From an uncultured Candidatus Saccharibacteria bacterium (lineage in GTDB: Bacteria > Patescibacteriota > Saccharimonadia > Saccharimonadales > Saccharimonadaceae), in assembly GCA_949101405.1 (NCBI GenBank), contig CARYFM010000002.1, positions 40,621 to 104,620 of the forward strand: a DNA stretch of 64,000 nucleotides. The letters run 5' to 3'. Each line of letters opens with the position of its first letter. Position 1 is the stretch's first letter. This document shows positions 41,816-55,901 of the stretch, in pieces. Both the position numbers and the translations under genes were made by a program. The notes below the pieces were generated by a model, which was not told the DNA's origin, did no database searches, and was given only the letters and a program-made list of their open reading frames with translations.

Positions 41816-43612
41816 GTGAAGAAAGTAGTTAGTTTTATCGTTGCCGCTATCTGGTGTGTTTTATTTCTGTGGTTAGGGGTGTGGAAATATAATATCCCCT
41901 TCAGCTTTGGTAGTTTCGGTTCTTTTGCTTATTATGGAGTTTTAGCCTTTGGTATACCGTTGACAATCGTTTTCTTTGGATTCACCGACGAATACAACGA
42001 ATCAACCTATTGGCTGATGGCTATACCGGCAGGTATATTTCTGGTGATTGCGATTATAGGCGGCATTAGCTCAAGTGGGATGTTCCACGCCTATGATTAT
42101 GCTTCTCAGATTGATATCCCTGAGCCTACTCCATTTGAGGACGAAGACATTGCTCCGTTTGACCCGTTGCAAATCCCGTGGGTTAGCGAAGAATATGCTA
42201 ATGTGCTGGGTGACAAGTTGATTGGCACTCTTGGTGCAGTCGGCTCTAGTGTTGAACTGGGCGAATGCGTCCGGCAGGATGTAAATGGCGAATTATTCTT
42301 TGTTGCACCTATACTGCATTCTGGCTTCTGGAAATATAACGCAAATCCTAGTGGTACGGCAGGCTACGTCATGGTATCAATGACTGATGATAACGATGTA
42401 CGCTTGGTAGAAGATTACAAGATTAAAGTTCAGCCCTCTGGCCATGCGGCTTGGGGGGACAAACTGGAACGTATCGTATATAATGCGGTTCCGGGAGGTT
42501 TGCGCTACGAATATAAGTTCGAAGTAGATGACAACCTGCACCCTTGGTGGGTGGTACCAATCTACGAAAACCAAATCGGGCCTTGGGGTGGAAAGGAAAT
42601 TACTAAAGTTGTTCTGGTTGATGCAACCAATGGACGCAACGTTTCGGTTTATAATCTTGGCGATGTGCCAGATTGGGTGGACAGAATTTATCCCTCTAAG
42701 CTTCTGGAAGTTCAGATTGCAAATTGGGGAAAATACTCTGGAGGGTTTAAGAATACCCTATTCGGAAAAACTGGTATGCTTCAGTCGGATAAAGGTAATA
42801 CAATGGTTTATTCTGACGGCGACTGTTATCTATTCGATTCCTTGACCTCATACGGCGGCGCCGATGAAAGTACAGTTGGCTTTGTATTAACCAATCTGCG
42901 TACAAAAGAAACGCGCTATTTTAGTTTGGCTGGCGCAACCGAACACGCTGCTTGCCAATCTGCACTCGGTGACGAACGAGTAAAGGCACAAAATTATAGT
43001 GCTATTTTTCCGATACCAACGATGATTGAAGGCCAACCGACTTATTTTATTCCATTGGCTGACCCCAGTAGCGCGATTATTAAATCTTTTGCCTTAGTAA
43101 ACATTGAAAAACATCATGTTGTAGGGATTGGCACCACTATTAGGGAAGTAGAGCGCGACTATCGTGCTAAACTTCGGGGCAACAGCTCGGCCTCACTCTA
43201 TACTCCATCGGCAGATTTGTTGGAAATTACTGGTAAAATTTTGCGATGGGGAGCATACACTGAGGGAGGTAGTACGTACTACCTCTTCGTGGTTGAAGGC
43301 CACGAAGAGAGATTGTTCTTAACTGATACCTCAGCAACTGAAGCAATGATTACTCGCGAGGGTGACCGTGTAAAGCTGATGGTGTTAGCTACAGAGAACG
43401 CAAGCTGGACGGTGTTTAGCTTTGACAACTTAGAGTTTGAGCAGACTCTAAGTGAAGTCGAGCAGACTATTACGGAAGATGAGTACCAGCAACGGCTAAA
43501 AGAGGTACATGAAGACCCAGCAATCATGGATGATAGTAAATTCCAAGAATTTTGGGACTTGCTAACTCCTGAACAGCAGGAAGCCTTCCTTAACCAGGCT
43601 CAGTCGGAATAA
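41816..43612 (+). CDS. Hypothetical membrane-anchored protein with a large extracytoplasmic domain
   Basis: 598 aa with three N-terminal TMs, GGAGG RBS, promoter at 41680-41708. Confidence 0.7.
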   Translation: MKKVVSFIVAAIWCVLFLWLGVWKYNIPFSFGSFGSFAYYGVLAFGIPLTIVFFGFTDEYNESTYWLMAIPAGIFLVIAIIGGISSSGMFHAYDYASQIDIPEPTPFEDEDIAPFDPLQIPWVSEEYANVLGDKLIGTLGAVGSSVELGECVRQDVNGELFFVAPILHSGFWKYNANPSGTAGYVMVSMTDDNDVRLVEDYKIKVQPSGHAAWGDKLERIVYNAVPGGLRYEYKFEVDDNLHPWWVVPIYENQIGPWGGKEITKVVLVDATNGRNVSVYNLGDVPDWVDRIYPSKLLEVQIANWGKYSGGFKNTLFGKTGMLQSDKGNTMVYSDGDCYLFDSLTSYGGADESTVGFVLTNLRTKETRYFSLAGATEHAACQSALGDERVKAQNYSAIFPIPTMIEGQPTYFIPLADPSSAIIKSFALVNIEKHHVVGIGTTIREVERDYRAKLRGNSSASLYTPSADLLEITGKILRWGAYTEGGSTYYLFVVEGHEERLFLTDTSATEAMITREGDRVKLMVLATENASWTVFSFDNLEFEQTLSEVEQTITEDEYQQRLKEVHEDPAIMDDSKFQEFWDLLTPEQQEAFLNQAQSE

Positions 43613-43743
43613 CAAAACATGGAACTTAGGAATGTTTGGACATAGTATTATTAAGAATAAGCCTCCGGTTGGAGGCTTTTCTTCGACCAGATATAGCCCC
43701 TCACGAGGCTATATTATAACATAACTTTTAGAAAAATCAACCG

Positions 43744-43819
43744 TGGTGGTTCCGGGCGGACTTGAACCGTCGACACAAGGCTCTTCAGGCCTCTGCTCTA
43801 CCAACTGAGCTACAGAACC
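43744..43819 (-). tRNA. tRNA-Phe(GAA)
   Basis: Arm GAGGC-CTGAAGA-GCCTT, CCA end. Confidence 0.95.
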
Positions 43820-43869
43820 ATACCCACATTATAGCACAGTCTATACCAAAATGTAAGCCCTATATCTAA

Positions 43870-44472
43870 CTAATCGGATTTTTTCTTGAAGTAATCCTTA
43901 CCCAAACCACAGAGTGGGCATTTGTAGTTATCGGGAACTTCATCACCATAATAGACATATCCACAAGCCGTGCATACCCAAGCTGTCTTGTTTTGTTCAG
44001 TTTTAACTTTCATCAAATCACTTTTGTGTTCCTGATAATAAGCGTAAGTCATCGGAGTTTTGTCTTCCAAGACATCAGCTTCAACCATGCGCCCAATATA
44101 AACTGTATGCGTATCAGCGTCAATAGCGTCAACCTTTTCGCAAATCATATAGCCTAGAGAATTCTCTACCACTGGCACACCATCGATCTCTTTGGTTTGG
44201 CACTCAGAGCATTTATCAATATCTTTGGAGGATTTAAAGCCAAAAGTTTCAATAATTTGCGGATCGACATCCTCACCAAGCACCGACAATGCGAATTTGT
44301 CATTCTCGCGTAATAATTTGTGCGAATGGTTGGTCTTGGCTACGGCTACCGTAATCAGTGGTTGATCACCAGCGCTCGCACGTGAGACCGCATCCACGAT
44401 GCATCCACCACCAATAGTAGTTAGAACATAAACACCTTGGGTAATCTTGCGGGTAATTTTGGGGTTTTTCAT
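43870..44472 (-). CDS. Flavin reductase-like protein with C-terminal rubredoxin domain
   Basis: GVYVLT, FALSVL, FGFKSS, THTVYIG, then WVCTACGYVY...CPLCG. Confidence 0.88.
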   Translation of the reverse strand: MKNPKITRKITQGVYVLTTIGGGCIVDAVSRASAGDQPLITVAVAKTNHSHKLLRENDKFALSVLGEDVDPQIIETFGFKSSKDIDKCSECQTKEIDGVPVVENSLGYMICEKVDAIDADTHTVYIGRMVEADVLEDKTPMTYAYYQEHKSDLMKVKTEQNKTAWVCTACGYVYYGDEVPDNYKCPLCGLGKDYFKKKSD

Positions 44473-44594
44473 AACATTCTCCTTTTTGAGCGATAAGTAG
44501 AATTGCCTAGGTTGGTATTTTCTCTTTCCGAAGCGCACCTTGTGGTGAGCGAGGGAAGAAAAATATTAAGATAGGTAATTCTAATATCGCGTAG

Positions 44595-44679
44595 TGGTGC
44601 CCGAAATGGGACTTGAACCCATATGGATTTCTCCATTCGATTTTAAGTCGAACGCGTATACCAATTCCGCCATTCGGGC
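44595..44679 (-). tRNA. tRNA-Leu(TAA)
   Basis: Arm TTCGA-CTTAAAA-TCGAA, long variable arm, CCA end. Confidence 0.95.
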
Positions 44680-44749
44680 GCCATCACTACTACTCCATTA
44701 TAGCATATTTTAGCAGTGTAGACACACTATTCTGGTCATCTCTTTCTCT

Positions 44750-44980
44750 CCTCACATCCCTAATACAGTACTCAGGCAGCGGAGGGGGAAACCGCGGTAG
44801 CGATGGTATGGACCATTTGATGGATATACGCCAGCATTATCAAACTCAAGATAGTAAGCACTAGGGACAGCCGCGCCATCATTGCGTGTAGAAGATGCCC
44901 GTGACGACCACCAGAAGCCGCTCCGGCCAGCGACCCTGAAGGTACCAGCATCTGGATAAAGAAGTCCGCTGCGCACGAAG
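44750..44980 (-). repeat. Type A variable cassette C6
   Basis: Both terminal motifs present, 74 open codons. Confidence 0.9.
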
Positions 44981-45339
44981 TAGATAACGGAGATGTAAAA
45001 TTATAAGCCAACTATAAAAATTCCGCCAAGAACACTCAGCGGAATCCATAAACTTCTACGCTACAAAACACCTAGCACAGACCATGGAACTTCAGGCGAC
45101 TCTCAACGTCAGATCCGTCCGAATTCCTAATTACATTTTACCACAACCAGAAAGCGCGTCAAGCTTGATTTTATGTAAAAAAATAGAAATAATACAAAAA
45201 AGTTTTCCACAGATAAAACAGAGGTAAAAACCAAAAACCGAACAAATAACTATTGACTTTTTTCATAATCTGTGATACAATAGAGACATGGACTTGCAAT
45301 GATTTTTACATTGCAAGATAGTTGTGCTATACTGAACGT

Positions 45340-46005
45340 ATGACAAGTGGAGGAAAAAGTTGGTCGTATGCACTAGTGCGCTGGCTGGACGAATGGAAAA
45401 TTGCCTTTTCTGGCATAATCCTAGCAACACGTGATGCCAAATTTTTGTTGACTTTCGGTATAACTTTTATTATTTTCGGCACTATCATGACGTTGTTGTC
45501 TGGTGGTACAGCAGCTTTTGACTTGTTTGGTGCTACAGATTTGACTGGAAAATTTCAAATTATTGGTGATGGGTTCTTGGGTCTATTCGGTATAGGCCGT
45601 AGCTTCTGGGATTGGGTCTTAACTTTTTCCGTTACCTTATTACAGAGCACTCTGATTGGTCTAGTAGTTTTAGTCTGGCGTCACCATCGTCGCAATAAGA
45701 AAGAACAAATAGTGGCAACCGCAACCAATTCTGACAATGTTCAAAATGCTGGTTTAGCTGCTGGCTTAGCAGTGCTAGGTACTGGTTGTCCTACTTGTGG
45801 CACTACCTTGATTGCGCCATTAATTGGTACACTTTTTAGCACTAGCAGCTATGCTTTAGCTAGTGCCATATCTGGTATTCTGACAGCCGCTGCAATTATA
45901 GTTGCTTTATTTGCTTTAAAGCGCATCGGTAATGACGCCTATGCCTTAATCATTAGCGCACGCTATCAGAAAAAACATCAAACCCCAAAGGAGGCAGATT
46001 TATGA
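45340..46005 (+). CDS. Membrane protein with GCPTCG motif
   Basis: Multiple TMs and a CxxC. Overlaps the start of the following DsbA-like gene. Confidence 0.65.
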   Translation: MTSGGKSWSYALVRWLDEWKIAFSGIILATRDAKFLLTFGITFIIFGTIMTLLSGGTAAFDLFGATDLTGKFQIIGDGFLGLFGIGRSFWDWVLTFSVTLLQSTLIGLVVLVWRHHRRNKKEQIVATATNSDNVQNAGLAAGLAVLGTGCPTCGTTLIAPLIGTLFSTSSYALASAISGILTAAAIIVALFALKRIGNDAYALIISARYQKKHQTPKEADL

Positions 46006-46688
46006 AACATATGCGTACAGTCGCAATTATCACAGTAATCGTATTACTATTTGGTTTATTGATTATGGGTTCGTCTACTCGACAGTCGCCCAAAGATCAA
46101 GTGTGGGATGAGGCTACGACGGTTGGTGAGCTCGATTCTCCCAACTATTACATCATGTACACGGATTTGATGTGTCCATATTGTGATGTTTTTTCTCGAG
46201 CAGTAATGGAGCACTGGGAAGAATTTCGAGATTATCTCGCAGAGCATAAAATCCTTTTTGAGATTCGATTAACTGACGCCCTATACGAAGGTGGAGGTAG
46301 TCAATATTCGCGTGATGCTGCCGAAGGTGCTTATTGTGCGGCTCGTGAGGATAAATTCTGGGAATTCTATCACGCAGCATTGCAAGCGCTTTGGGATGAT
46401 TATCATTCCAAAGGTATCGGTGATAGCAAGACTTCTCCCGCAATTCAAAACCTACCAAGCGATTATTGGCTTAAAATTGGACACAATGTAGGTCTAGGTG
46501 AGCGGTTTGATCAGTGTCTTCAGAACCATGAATCCGTTGCCGAAATTGAGAATAATACCTACCGTGCCATGCAGGTTTCCCAGGGTATGCCGTCCTTCAA
46601 GTTTAACCGTTTTACAACGGCTGGTTTTGATAGCAGTTGGGGTTGGGATTACGTCAAAAAGTATCTTGATGCCGGTTTGAGCAAATAA
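46002..46688 (+). CDS. DsbA/thioredoxin-fold protein
   Basis: N-terminal TM, YTDLMCPYC, AYCAA..DKFWEF and GMP cis-Pro loop. Confidence 0.85.
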   Translation: MKHMRTVAIITVIVLLFGLLIMGSSTRQSPKDQVWDEATTVGELDSPNYYIMYTDLMCPYCDVFSRAVMEHWEEFRDYLAEHKILFEIRLTDALYEGGGSQYSRDAAEGAYCAAREDKFWEFYHAALQALWDDYHSKGIGDSKTSPAIQNLPSDYWLKIGHNVGLGERFDQCLQNHESVAEIENNTYRAMQVSQGMPSFKFNRFTTAGFDSSWGWDYVKKYLDAGLSK

Positions 46689-46707
46689 ACGTAAGAGCGG
46701 AAATATT

Positions 46708-47997
46708 CTAGTTTTCGGTTTCTTCGCCTGTTTCGAGGTTACGCAATTTGTAGTGCCCCGACTTCGCCTCAGTTTCACCAATCACCGCAGCAAATTTTGC
46801 CACTCGCCCTGCGTACTTAAGTTTATCACCAAGCTTCTTATCGGTTAGTACCAAATCCACAGCTTTACCCTCACTACGCAAGCTTTCCGCGAACTTTGCA
46901 CAGGCGGCATATTCGTTGCCAGTGATAGGTATCAAGCATACATCTACTGGTTTGATTTTATTAGTTTGCACCAGACCGTTTTCTATCAGCGCTGCGAATA
47001 GCCGTGTTAGACCAATCGAGCCCCCCACACCAGGTAGGGATTGGTCAGTATAGTTACTGGCAAGGTTTTCATAGCGTCCACCCGAACAAATTGAACCAAA
47101 CTCGCGATAATCTGGTGCAATTGTTTCGAACACTGTTCCAGTATAATAATCCAGACCACGCACAATCAACATGTCCGCGATTACTTCAGCGTCTGTCACT
47201 AAGTCTTGAACAAGTGCCAATACTTCTTCTAGCTCATCAACACCCTCAGAAAAAATCTTATCCGTGCAGCCAAGCGATTTTAGTCTTGTAATCACTTCTT
47301 TGCGTGCGCCCTGAATCTGCATAAATGTTGTGATTTTTACAACATTCTCACTGCCAAGGCCTAATTCCTCCAGCGCCGCTACAGTCTTCTCTGGAGGAAC
47401 TTTTTCTGCATGGTCGACAATGCCAAAGATTTCTGTCGCTAAATGATTAAGATTAAGTGCTTGGAGTAAACCATTCAAGAGCTTGCGGTTGCTTACTCGC
47501 ACAATAAAGCGGGGTAATGGTAAAACCTTAATCGCATCAACTAGAGTCGCAATTACCTCCGCATCGTAGGCTACAGGTAGTTTATTCCATCCAATCACAT
47601 CCACATCGCATTGATAGAACTCGCGAAACCGCCCTTTTTGTGCTCGCTCGCCTCGGAAATTTCGACCAATCTGTGTCACCTTAAATGGAAAGGTTAAATC
47701 ATTCATGTGCTCTACGGTATATCGCGCCAACGGCACTGTGTGGTCAAAGCGCAAAGCCTGGTCTGCTCCATCTGCCGCTTCTGCGGTTTTCACAACTTTG
47801 TAAATTTGCTTTTCGGTGTCGCCTCCAGCCTTAGCCAAAAGAATTTCCGTACGGTCAATCGTGGGCGTCTCAATACTCTGAAATCCATGCTGTGTAAACG
47901 CCATGGCAATGCCAGATTTAAGGCGATTAAATTCGGTCTGCATTGCTGGAATCAGCTCTTGCATGCCACTGATGGGTGAAGTATTGAATTTTTTCAT
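46708..47997 (-). CDS. hisS: Histidine--tRNA ligase
   Basis: LRFDHTVP, FRGERAQKGRFREFYQCD, VRGLDYYTG, GGRY, GGSIGLTR. Confidence 0.97.
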   Translation of the reverse strand: MKKFNTSPISGMQELIPAMQTEFNRLKSGIAMAFTQHGFQSIETPTIDRTEILLAKAGGDTEKQIYKVVKTAEAADGADQALRFDHTVPLARYTVEHMNDLTFPFKVTQIGRNFRGERAQKGRFREFYQCDVDVIGWNKLPVAYDAEVIATLVDAIKVLPLPRFIVRVSNRKLLNGLLQALNLNHLATEIFGIVDHAEKVPPEKTVAALEELGLGSENVVKITTFMQIQGARKEVITRLKSLGCTDKIFSEGVDELEEVLALVQDLVTDAEVIADMLIVRGLDYYTGTVFETIAPDYREFGSICSGGRYENLASNYTDQSLPGVGGSIGLTRLFAALIENGLVQTNKIKPVDVCLIPITGNEYAACAKFAESLRSEGKAVDLVLTDKKLGDKLKYAGRVAKFAAVIGETEAKSGHYKLRNLETGEETEN

Positions 47998-48026
47998 AAT
48001 AAATATATCATAGCACAATTTTATCT

Positions 48027-49385
48027 TTAACGCACATAGTGGTCGAAGATAAACCGCACTAGACCAATTAGTAGGACAATTCCCAGCACAATTAATACGA
48101 TTTGTGAAGCGCCAATACCAGCAGAAGGCTTTTCTTCGTCTGCAGAACTTGCATTAACATCACCGGGCTGTACAGTTGTGGTTGGCTCTTCAGAAGTGTC
48201 TGGAGTTAAATCCGTTTCCAATTTATCATGTTCGTCCCAAATCGTAGTAGTTGGCTCTAACTCGGACAAATTATTATCAGTATTAATTCCTCCACCTAGC
48301 GTAGGCACATCACCATTCACCACACTCTGCGTTGTGTCTTCTAATTGTTCAGGGTCACTCTTATCGTCTGGTATAGGCTCTGGTTCAACTGTGGTCTCTG
48401 CTACGACGATTGGTATCCTCAAAGTTACTTTATTCCGGTCACTATCGCTCACGATATAAGACAATGTATATTCGCCTGCTCGGTTTAGGTCAACTTCAGA
48501 TTGGGTAATAATTTGTTCTGGACTATACTCACCGTCTTCGCCATCTCGTGCGCTTACTAATTTAGTAAAATCCACGGTTTCGCCCATGTCATAGCGACGT
48601 TTACCACTATAAGTGATTTGTGGTACACCGCCTCGACGCAGATGATTGATAAACTCACGATATGGTTCTTGGTCTACGCCCCGTAGTTCGCGAAAAGCCA
48701 AAATAATCTGAGTTTTTCTTGCTGTATCCAAATTTTTATTATTTAGCACCGCATCCGATATATTTGATTGGTAGCTCTTGATTTGTCTTGTGATATAATT
48801 TTTGAGCAAATTATACAATGCATCCTCGCCCTCAGCTTCGGTCCATGTATACTTACGTAAACCATTCAAGGTTACTACATAACGTTCGACTCCGTTACTA
48901 GGGTCGAAAGCTGTCGCCAGGGAATAATCTAAATTGCTCAACATCCGTGCAGCTATCGCCTGCACTTCAATAATATAACCCGGTGCTAGTGCCACATTAT
49001 AGTTGACTGGTGTATCGCGAAACTGGTAATTGCCATTTTGCAAAGTTGCCGTTTCGCTTGCTACCATTTGCCCGCTGCGATCTAAAATTCGCACGCTAGC
49101 CGTCGCTGCTAAAGTCTCAGTACTTACTTTGATTTTGGCTAGCCTAAAGTCACTGGAAAAAGCCAGTTCATAACCACTTTTGCCTGATTGTCCTAAGACT
49201 TGCAAAGTCAGGGAATTATTATAAGTTGGCTTTGACCCTACGCCAATCTCCTGTGCTTGGCTTACTACAGGTTGGTGCGCCATCATAATTTTTGCCCCCA
49301 AGACACCGCCCAGGGCTAACACCGCCAACAGTAACCCCAACAGGGGCTTACGACGCATTAGATAGTCCCAGGTCTCGCGAATCAT
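48027..49385 (-). CDS. Surface protein with Ig-like (DUF5011-like) domain and C-terminal TM
   Basis: Signal/TM, SARDGEDG..VD...AGEYTLSY.VSDSD Ig motif, acidic stalk and TM. Confidence 0.65.
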   Translation of the reverse strand: MIRETWDYLMRRKPLLGLLLAVLALGGVLGAKIMMAHQPVVSQAQEIGVGSKPTYNNSLTLQVLGQSGKSGYELAFSSDFRLAKIKVSTETLAATASVRILDRSGQMVASETATLQNGNYQFRDTPVNYNVALAPGYIIEVQAIAARMLSNLDYSLATAFDPSNGVERYVVTLNGLRKYTWTEAEGEDALYNLLKNYITRQIKSYQSNISDAVLNNKNLDTARKTQIILAFRELRGVDQEPYREFINHLRRGGVPQITYSGKRRYDMGETVDFTKLVSARDGEDGEYSPEQIITQSEVDLNRAGEYTLSYIVSDSDRNKVTLRIPIVVAETTVEPEPIPDDKSDPEQLEDTTQSVVNGDVPTLGGGINTDNNLSELEPTTTIWDEHDKLETDLTPDTSEEPTTTVQPGDVNASSADEEKPSAGIGASQIVLIVLGIVLLIGLVRFIFDHYVR

Positions 49386-49506
49386 TATGCTTATAATTAT
49401 ATCACAAAATATCTAAAAACACAATAGGGAACTGAGGTCATAAAAGTTGCGCCAAAAATCTTTACTAAATTCAGCCAGCGGAACTTTTTCTGCTATAATA
49501 GTAGTT

Positions 49507-50004
49507 ATGGCAAAACAGAAGAAAGAGGATTTTGTTGATAAAACCGTAGCTTGGGGTTGCAAATTAGTACATCTTGATAAGTGTACGCCAATGTTTCAGC
49601 AATTAGCCAAGTTTACAATCGTTGGACTCATTAATACTGCCATCAACTGGACCATTTTTGCTATTGCACTGCATTTTCTGCCTATCACGGACGAAGTTGC
49701 CAAATCGGTCGTAGCCAGCGCTATTGCTTTTGCCTTAGCTACTATCTTCAATTTCTGGGCTAGTACGACTTGGGTCTTCAACACTACCAATAAAAAGACG
49801 CGCAAACGCTTATTTATCGAATTCGCCGTCATGAACGGTATTGCTTTTCTGATCTTCGATGAAGCCATATTGGCTTGGCTAGTTTCTCTTAGCTGGCATC
49901 CTATGCTCGCCAAAGTCGCTACCACTGCTTGCGGCATGGTATTCAATTTCATCACGCGCAAGATGTTTCTCGAAGACCACAGCGATCGCAAGACTAAAAA
50001 ATAG
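49507..50004 (+). CDS. GtrA-family protein
   Basis: KFTIVGLINT, NF...WVF, AKV...FNF..RK..F. Confidence 0.85.
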   Translation: MAKQKKEDFVDKTVAWGCKLVHLDKCTPMFQQLAKFTIVGLINTAINWTIFAIALHFLPITDEVAKSVVASAIAFALATIFNFWASTTWVFNTTNKKTRKRLFIEFAVMNGIAFLIFDEAILAWLVSLSWHPMLAKVATTACGMVFNFITRKMFLEDHSDRKTKK

Positions 50005-50820
50005 TTATTTTACAAACATTGCGTGTATTGCGTCGCGATAAATTGCCTTAACTTTGGCATAATCACCAGGGAACTGCTCTAGGTAATGAATAATCGCCAC
50101 TCCGCTATTCACTTCAATTACTAATAACTGATTGTCTGTAATCTTAATAATATCAACGCTACAAAATCTTAACCCCATCGCTTCAGTAGCGGCTTGTGCC
50201 AAAGCAATAAGTTTATACAAGAAAGTTTCGTCATTAACTTGACTTACCGTAGCGCCTTTACTCAAATTAAAACGCCAATCACCATGGCGATTTTTTTGGT
50301 AAACCAAACGTGCCTCGCCATCCAGCATCACCACGCGGTATTCGTGTTCAATATCATAAAACGGGCACAAAGCCACCGCCATGCCTTGATGGAATGCCTC
50401 TTCCAGCGACGTTGGTATCTGGCCCATGTTCGTAACTTGCGAAATTCCAGTACCGCATTGCCCAATGTTGGGTTTGACCACAATATGCTGATTATGCTGT
50501 TCGAAGAATTTTGTCACATATTCCATCGTATTGCGCCCCTCTACATAAGGATAATGGTTGGTAAATTCATAGAGAATCGCATACTCCACTACTGGAACAT
50601 TGGACTGGGACAACAGCTCAAAAGTCACATATTTATCATCGGCCGCCATACTCGCCGCCGCCGAATTTAAATCAAATTTACCATACCCTAGCACCTGCCG
50701 CCTCTGTCCATCGAGCTGCATCACAGCTAGCCAGTCCGACGACAGCCAATCTAGTTTTATACCCTCTTCTTGACAGATCTCATTCAGAATCCGATGATAA
50801 ATTGAAGTTTTTCCTTGCAT
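50005..50820 (-). CDS. ATP-grasp (RimK-like) protein
   Basis: DDKY, VVKPNIG..GTG, EYRV, SVDII, IEVNS. Confidence 0.8.
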   Translation of the reverse strand: MQGKTSIYHRILNEICQEEGIKLDWLSSDWLAVMQLDGQRRQVLGYGKFDLNSAAASMAADDKYVTFELLSQSNVPVVEYAILYEFTNHYPYVEGRNTMEYVTKFFEQHNQHIVVKPNIGQCGTGISQVTNMGQIPTSLEEAFHQGMAVALCPFYDIEHEYRVVMLDGEARLVYQKNRHGDWRFNLSKGATVSQVNDETFLYKLIALAQAATEAMGLRFCSVDIIKITDNQLLVIEVNSGVAIIHYLEQFPGDYAKVKAIYRDAIHAMFVK

Positions 50821-50922
50821 AATTTCCATTATACCACTGTTTGTCGTACCACTGATGTCTTGACATTTATTGGTATTCCGCTTATACTTTTACCAACTAA
50901 ATTTAACACAAAAAGGAAACTT

Positions 50923-51183
50923 ATGGCAAACAACAATTCTCCCAAAATCCCTCTCGAATACACTCCAATTTCGATGTGGGGCTATTTTGGCTACTCAATT
51001 TTATTTTCTATCCCTTTCATCGGCTGGATTTTCTTGGTAATTTTCGCTCTTACCGCCAGCAACATTAACTTGCGCAACTTTGCCCGCTCACAATTCTGCG
51101 TCTTTATCATCTGGGCTATCTTCATCATGATTGCACTATTTTCTGGTCTCATTGCTTCCATGTTTGAAGCGATAAAACTCTAG
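50923..51183 (+). CDS. Small membrane protein
   Basis: YTPISMWGYFGY.ILFSIP.IG...N.NLRNFARS, AAGGA RBS. Confidence 0.65.
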   Translation: MANNNSPKIPLEYTPISMWGYFGYSILFSIPFIGWIFLVIFALTASNINLRNFARSQFCVFIIWAIFIMIALFSGLIASMFEAIKL

Positions 51184-51234
51184 ATTTTTATCGCTCTGTG
51201 GTGCTATAATATATAATATAAATTAGGAGATATT

Positions 51235-51810
51235 ATGCAAATTGCATTAATTGTTATCGCCGTTATCGCTCTGCTCCTGATCATCGTGATCTGGGCTACC
51301 TATAATGGTTTAGTCAAAACTAACGAACGCGTCAACGAGGCTTGGTCTGACATCACCGTGCAGCTCAAGTACCGTGCCGACCTCATCCCCAATGTGGTCG
51401 AGACCGTCAAGGGTTACGCCAAGCACGAAAAAGGCGTTTTTGAGGAAGTCACCAAGGCTCGCAACGCTAGCATGAGCGCCAAGAGCGTGAATGGTGCTGC
51501 CGAAGCCGAGCGTTCTATGCAAGGTGCCCTAGGTCGCTTGTTTGCGATTGCCGAGGCTTACCCTGAGCTCAAAGCCAACACCAACTTCCAACAGCTTCAG
51601 CTTCAGCTCCAAGATGTAGAAGATAAAATCCAAGCTGCTCGCCGTTTCTACAACGCCGGCGCCAAGGCTCTCAATACCAAGCTTAAACTTTTCCCAACCA
51701 ACCTCATTAACAAACTCGTTGGCCACTTCACCGAGCGCGACTATTTTGAGGTCCCAGAAGCCGAAAAAGCTCAGATTGAGAAAGCTCCAGAAGTTAAATT
51801 CGACAACTAA
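51235..51810 (+). CDS. lemA: LemA family protein
   Basis: YNGLV, AWSDI.VQL..RADLIPN, AEAYPELKAN, ARRFYN. Confidence 0.93.
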   Translation: MQIALIVIAVIALLLIIVIWATYNGLVKTNERVNEAWSDITVQLKYRADLIPNVVETVKGYAKHEKGVFEEVTKARNASMSAKSVNGAAEAERSMQGALGRLFAIAEAYPELKANTNFQQLQLQLQDVEDKIQAARRFYNAGAKALNTKLKLFPTNLINKLVGHFTERDYFEVPEAEKAQIEKAPEVKFDN

Positions 51811-51821
51811 GTTCGTCTCAA

Positions 51822-52680
51822 ATGTATAAGCAAATTGCCGCCAACAAACGCAACACAGTCTTTATCATAATTGGTTTTGTACTGTTTATTACTGCGATTG
51901 GAGCGGCTTTTGCTTATTTTTTTAGTGATTGGTGGATTACAGTTTGGGTATTGGTGATTGCTCTTATCTATGCGTTGGTTCAATACTATGCTTCTAGTTC
52001 GCTAGCTGTTGCTATGACTGGCGCCAAGGAGATTCAAAAGCGTGATAACCCCCGATTATATAATACTGTAGAAAATCTTGCGATTTCCGCCGGTCTACCC
52101 ATGCCTAAGGTTTACATTATCAACGATTCTGCGCCCAACGCTTTTGCCACTGGCCGCGACCCAGAGCACGCAGTGGTGGCCGCTACTACTGGTCTGCTTG
52201 ATATTATGGATAACAAAGAACTTACTGCAGTCATGGCGCACGAGTTATCACACGTCAAAAACTACGATATTCGCGTGTCAATGATTACTTTCGGTTTGGT
52301 CTGTATCATTGGTTTTATTTCTGACCTGGGCGTACGCATGATTTGGCTGACGAACGCTCACGATGATGAGGATAATAGCCCAATTGGTCTAATTGTAATT
52401 CTGCTCACGTCTTTGCTGGCTCCAATTGTGGCATCGGTAGCACAAATGGCTGTCTCGCGCGAACGTGAGTATTTAGCTGATGCTTCAGCGGCGCACCTCA
52501 CAAGGTATCCCGAAGGTATGATTGCCGCTCTCAAAAAGTTAGACACTCATGCTCAGCCTATGAAACATCAGAACCCCGCCACTGAAGCACTATTTATTAA
52601 TAATCCGCTAAAACGAGGAGCCATTAACAATCTCTTCAGCACTCACCCCCCCATCGAAAAACGCATCGAAAGGCTTGAGC

Positions 52681-52700
<20 letters not shown>
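51822..52700 (+). CDS. htpX: M48 zinc metalloprotease HtpX
   Basis: PNAFATG, AHELSH, SREREYLAD, FSTHPP. Confidence 0.93.
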
Positions 52701-55819
<3,119 letters not shown>

Positions 55820-55901
55820 AATACCCCTCTCCTTCAATTATAGCACAGTTTTACAAAAAAGTCAATAGAAAACGCTTAAATTTTTGGTATATAATAATAT
55901 T

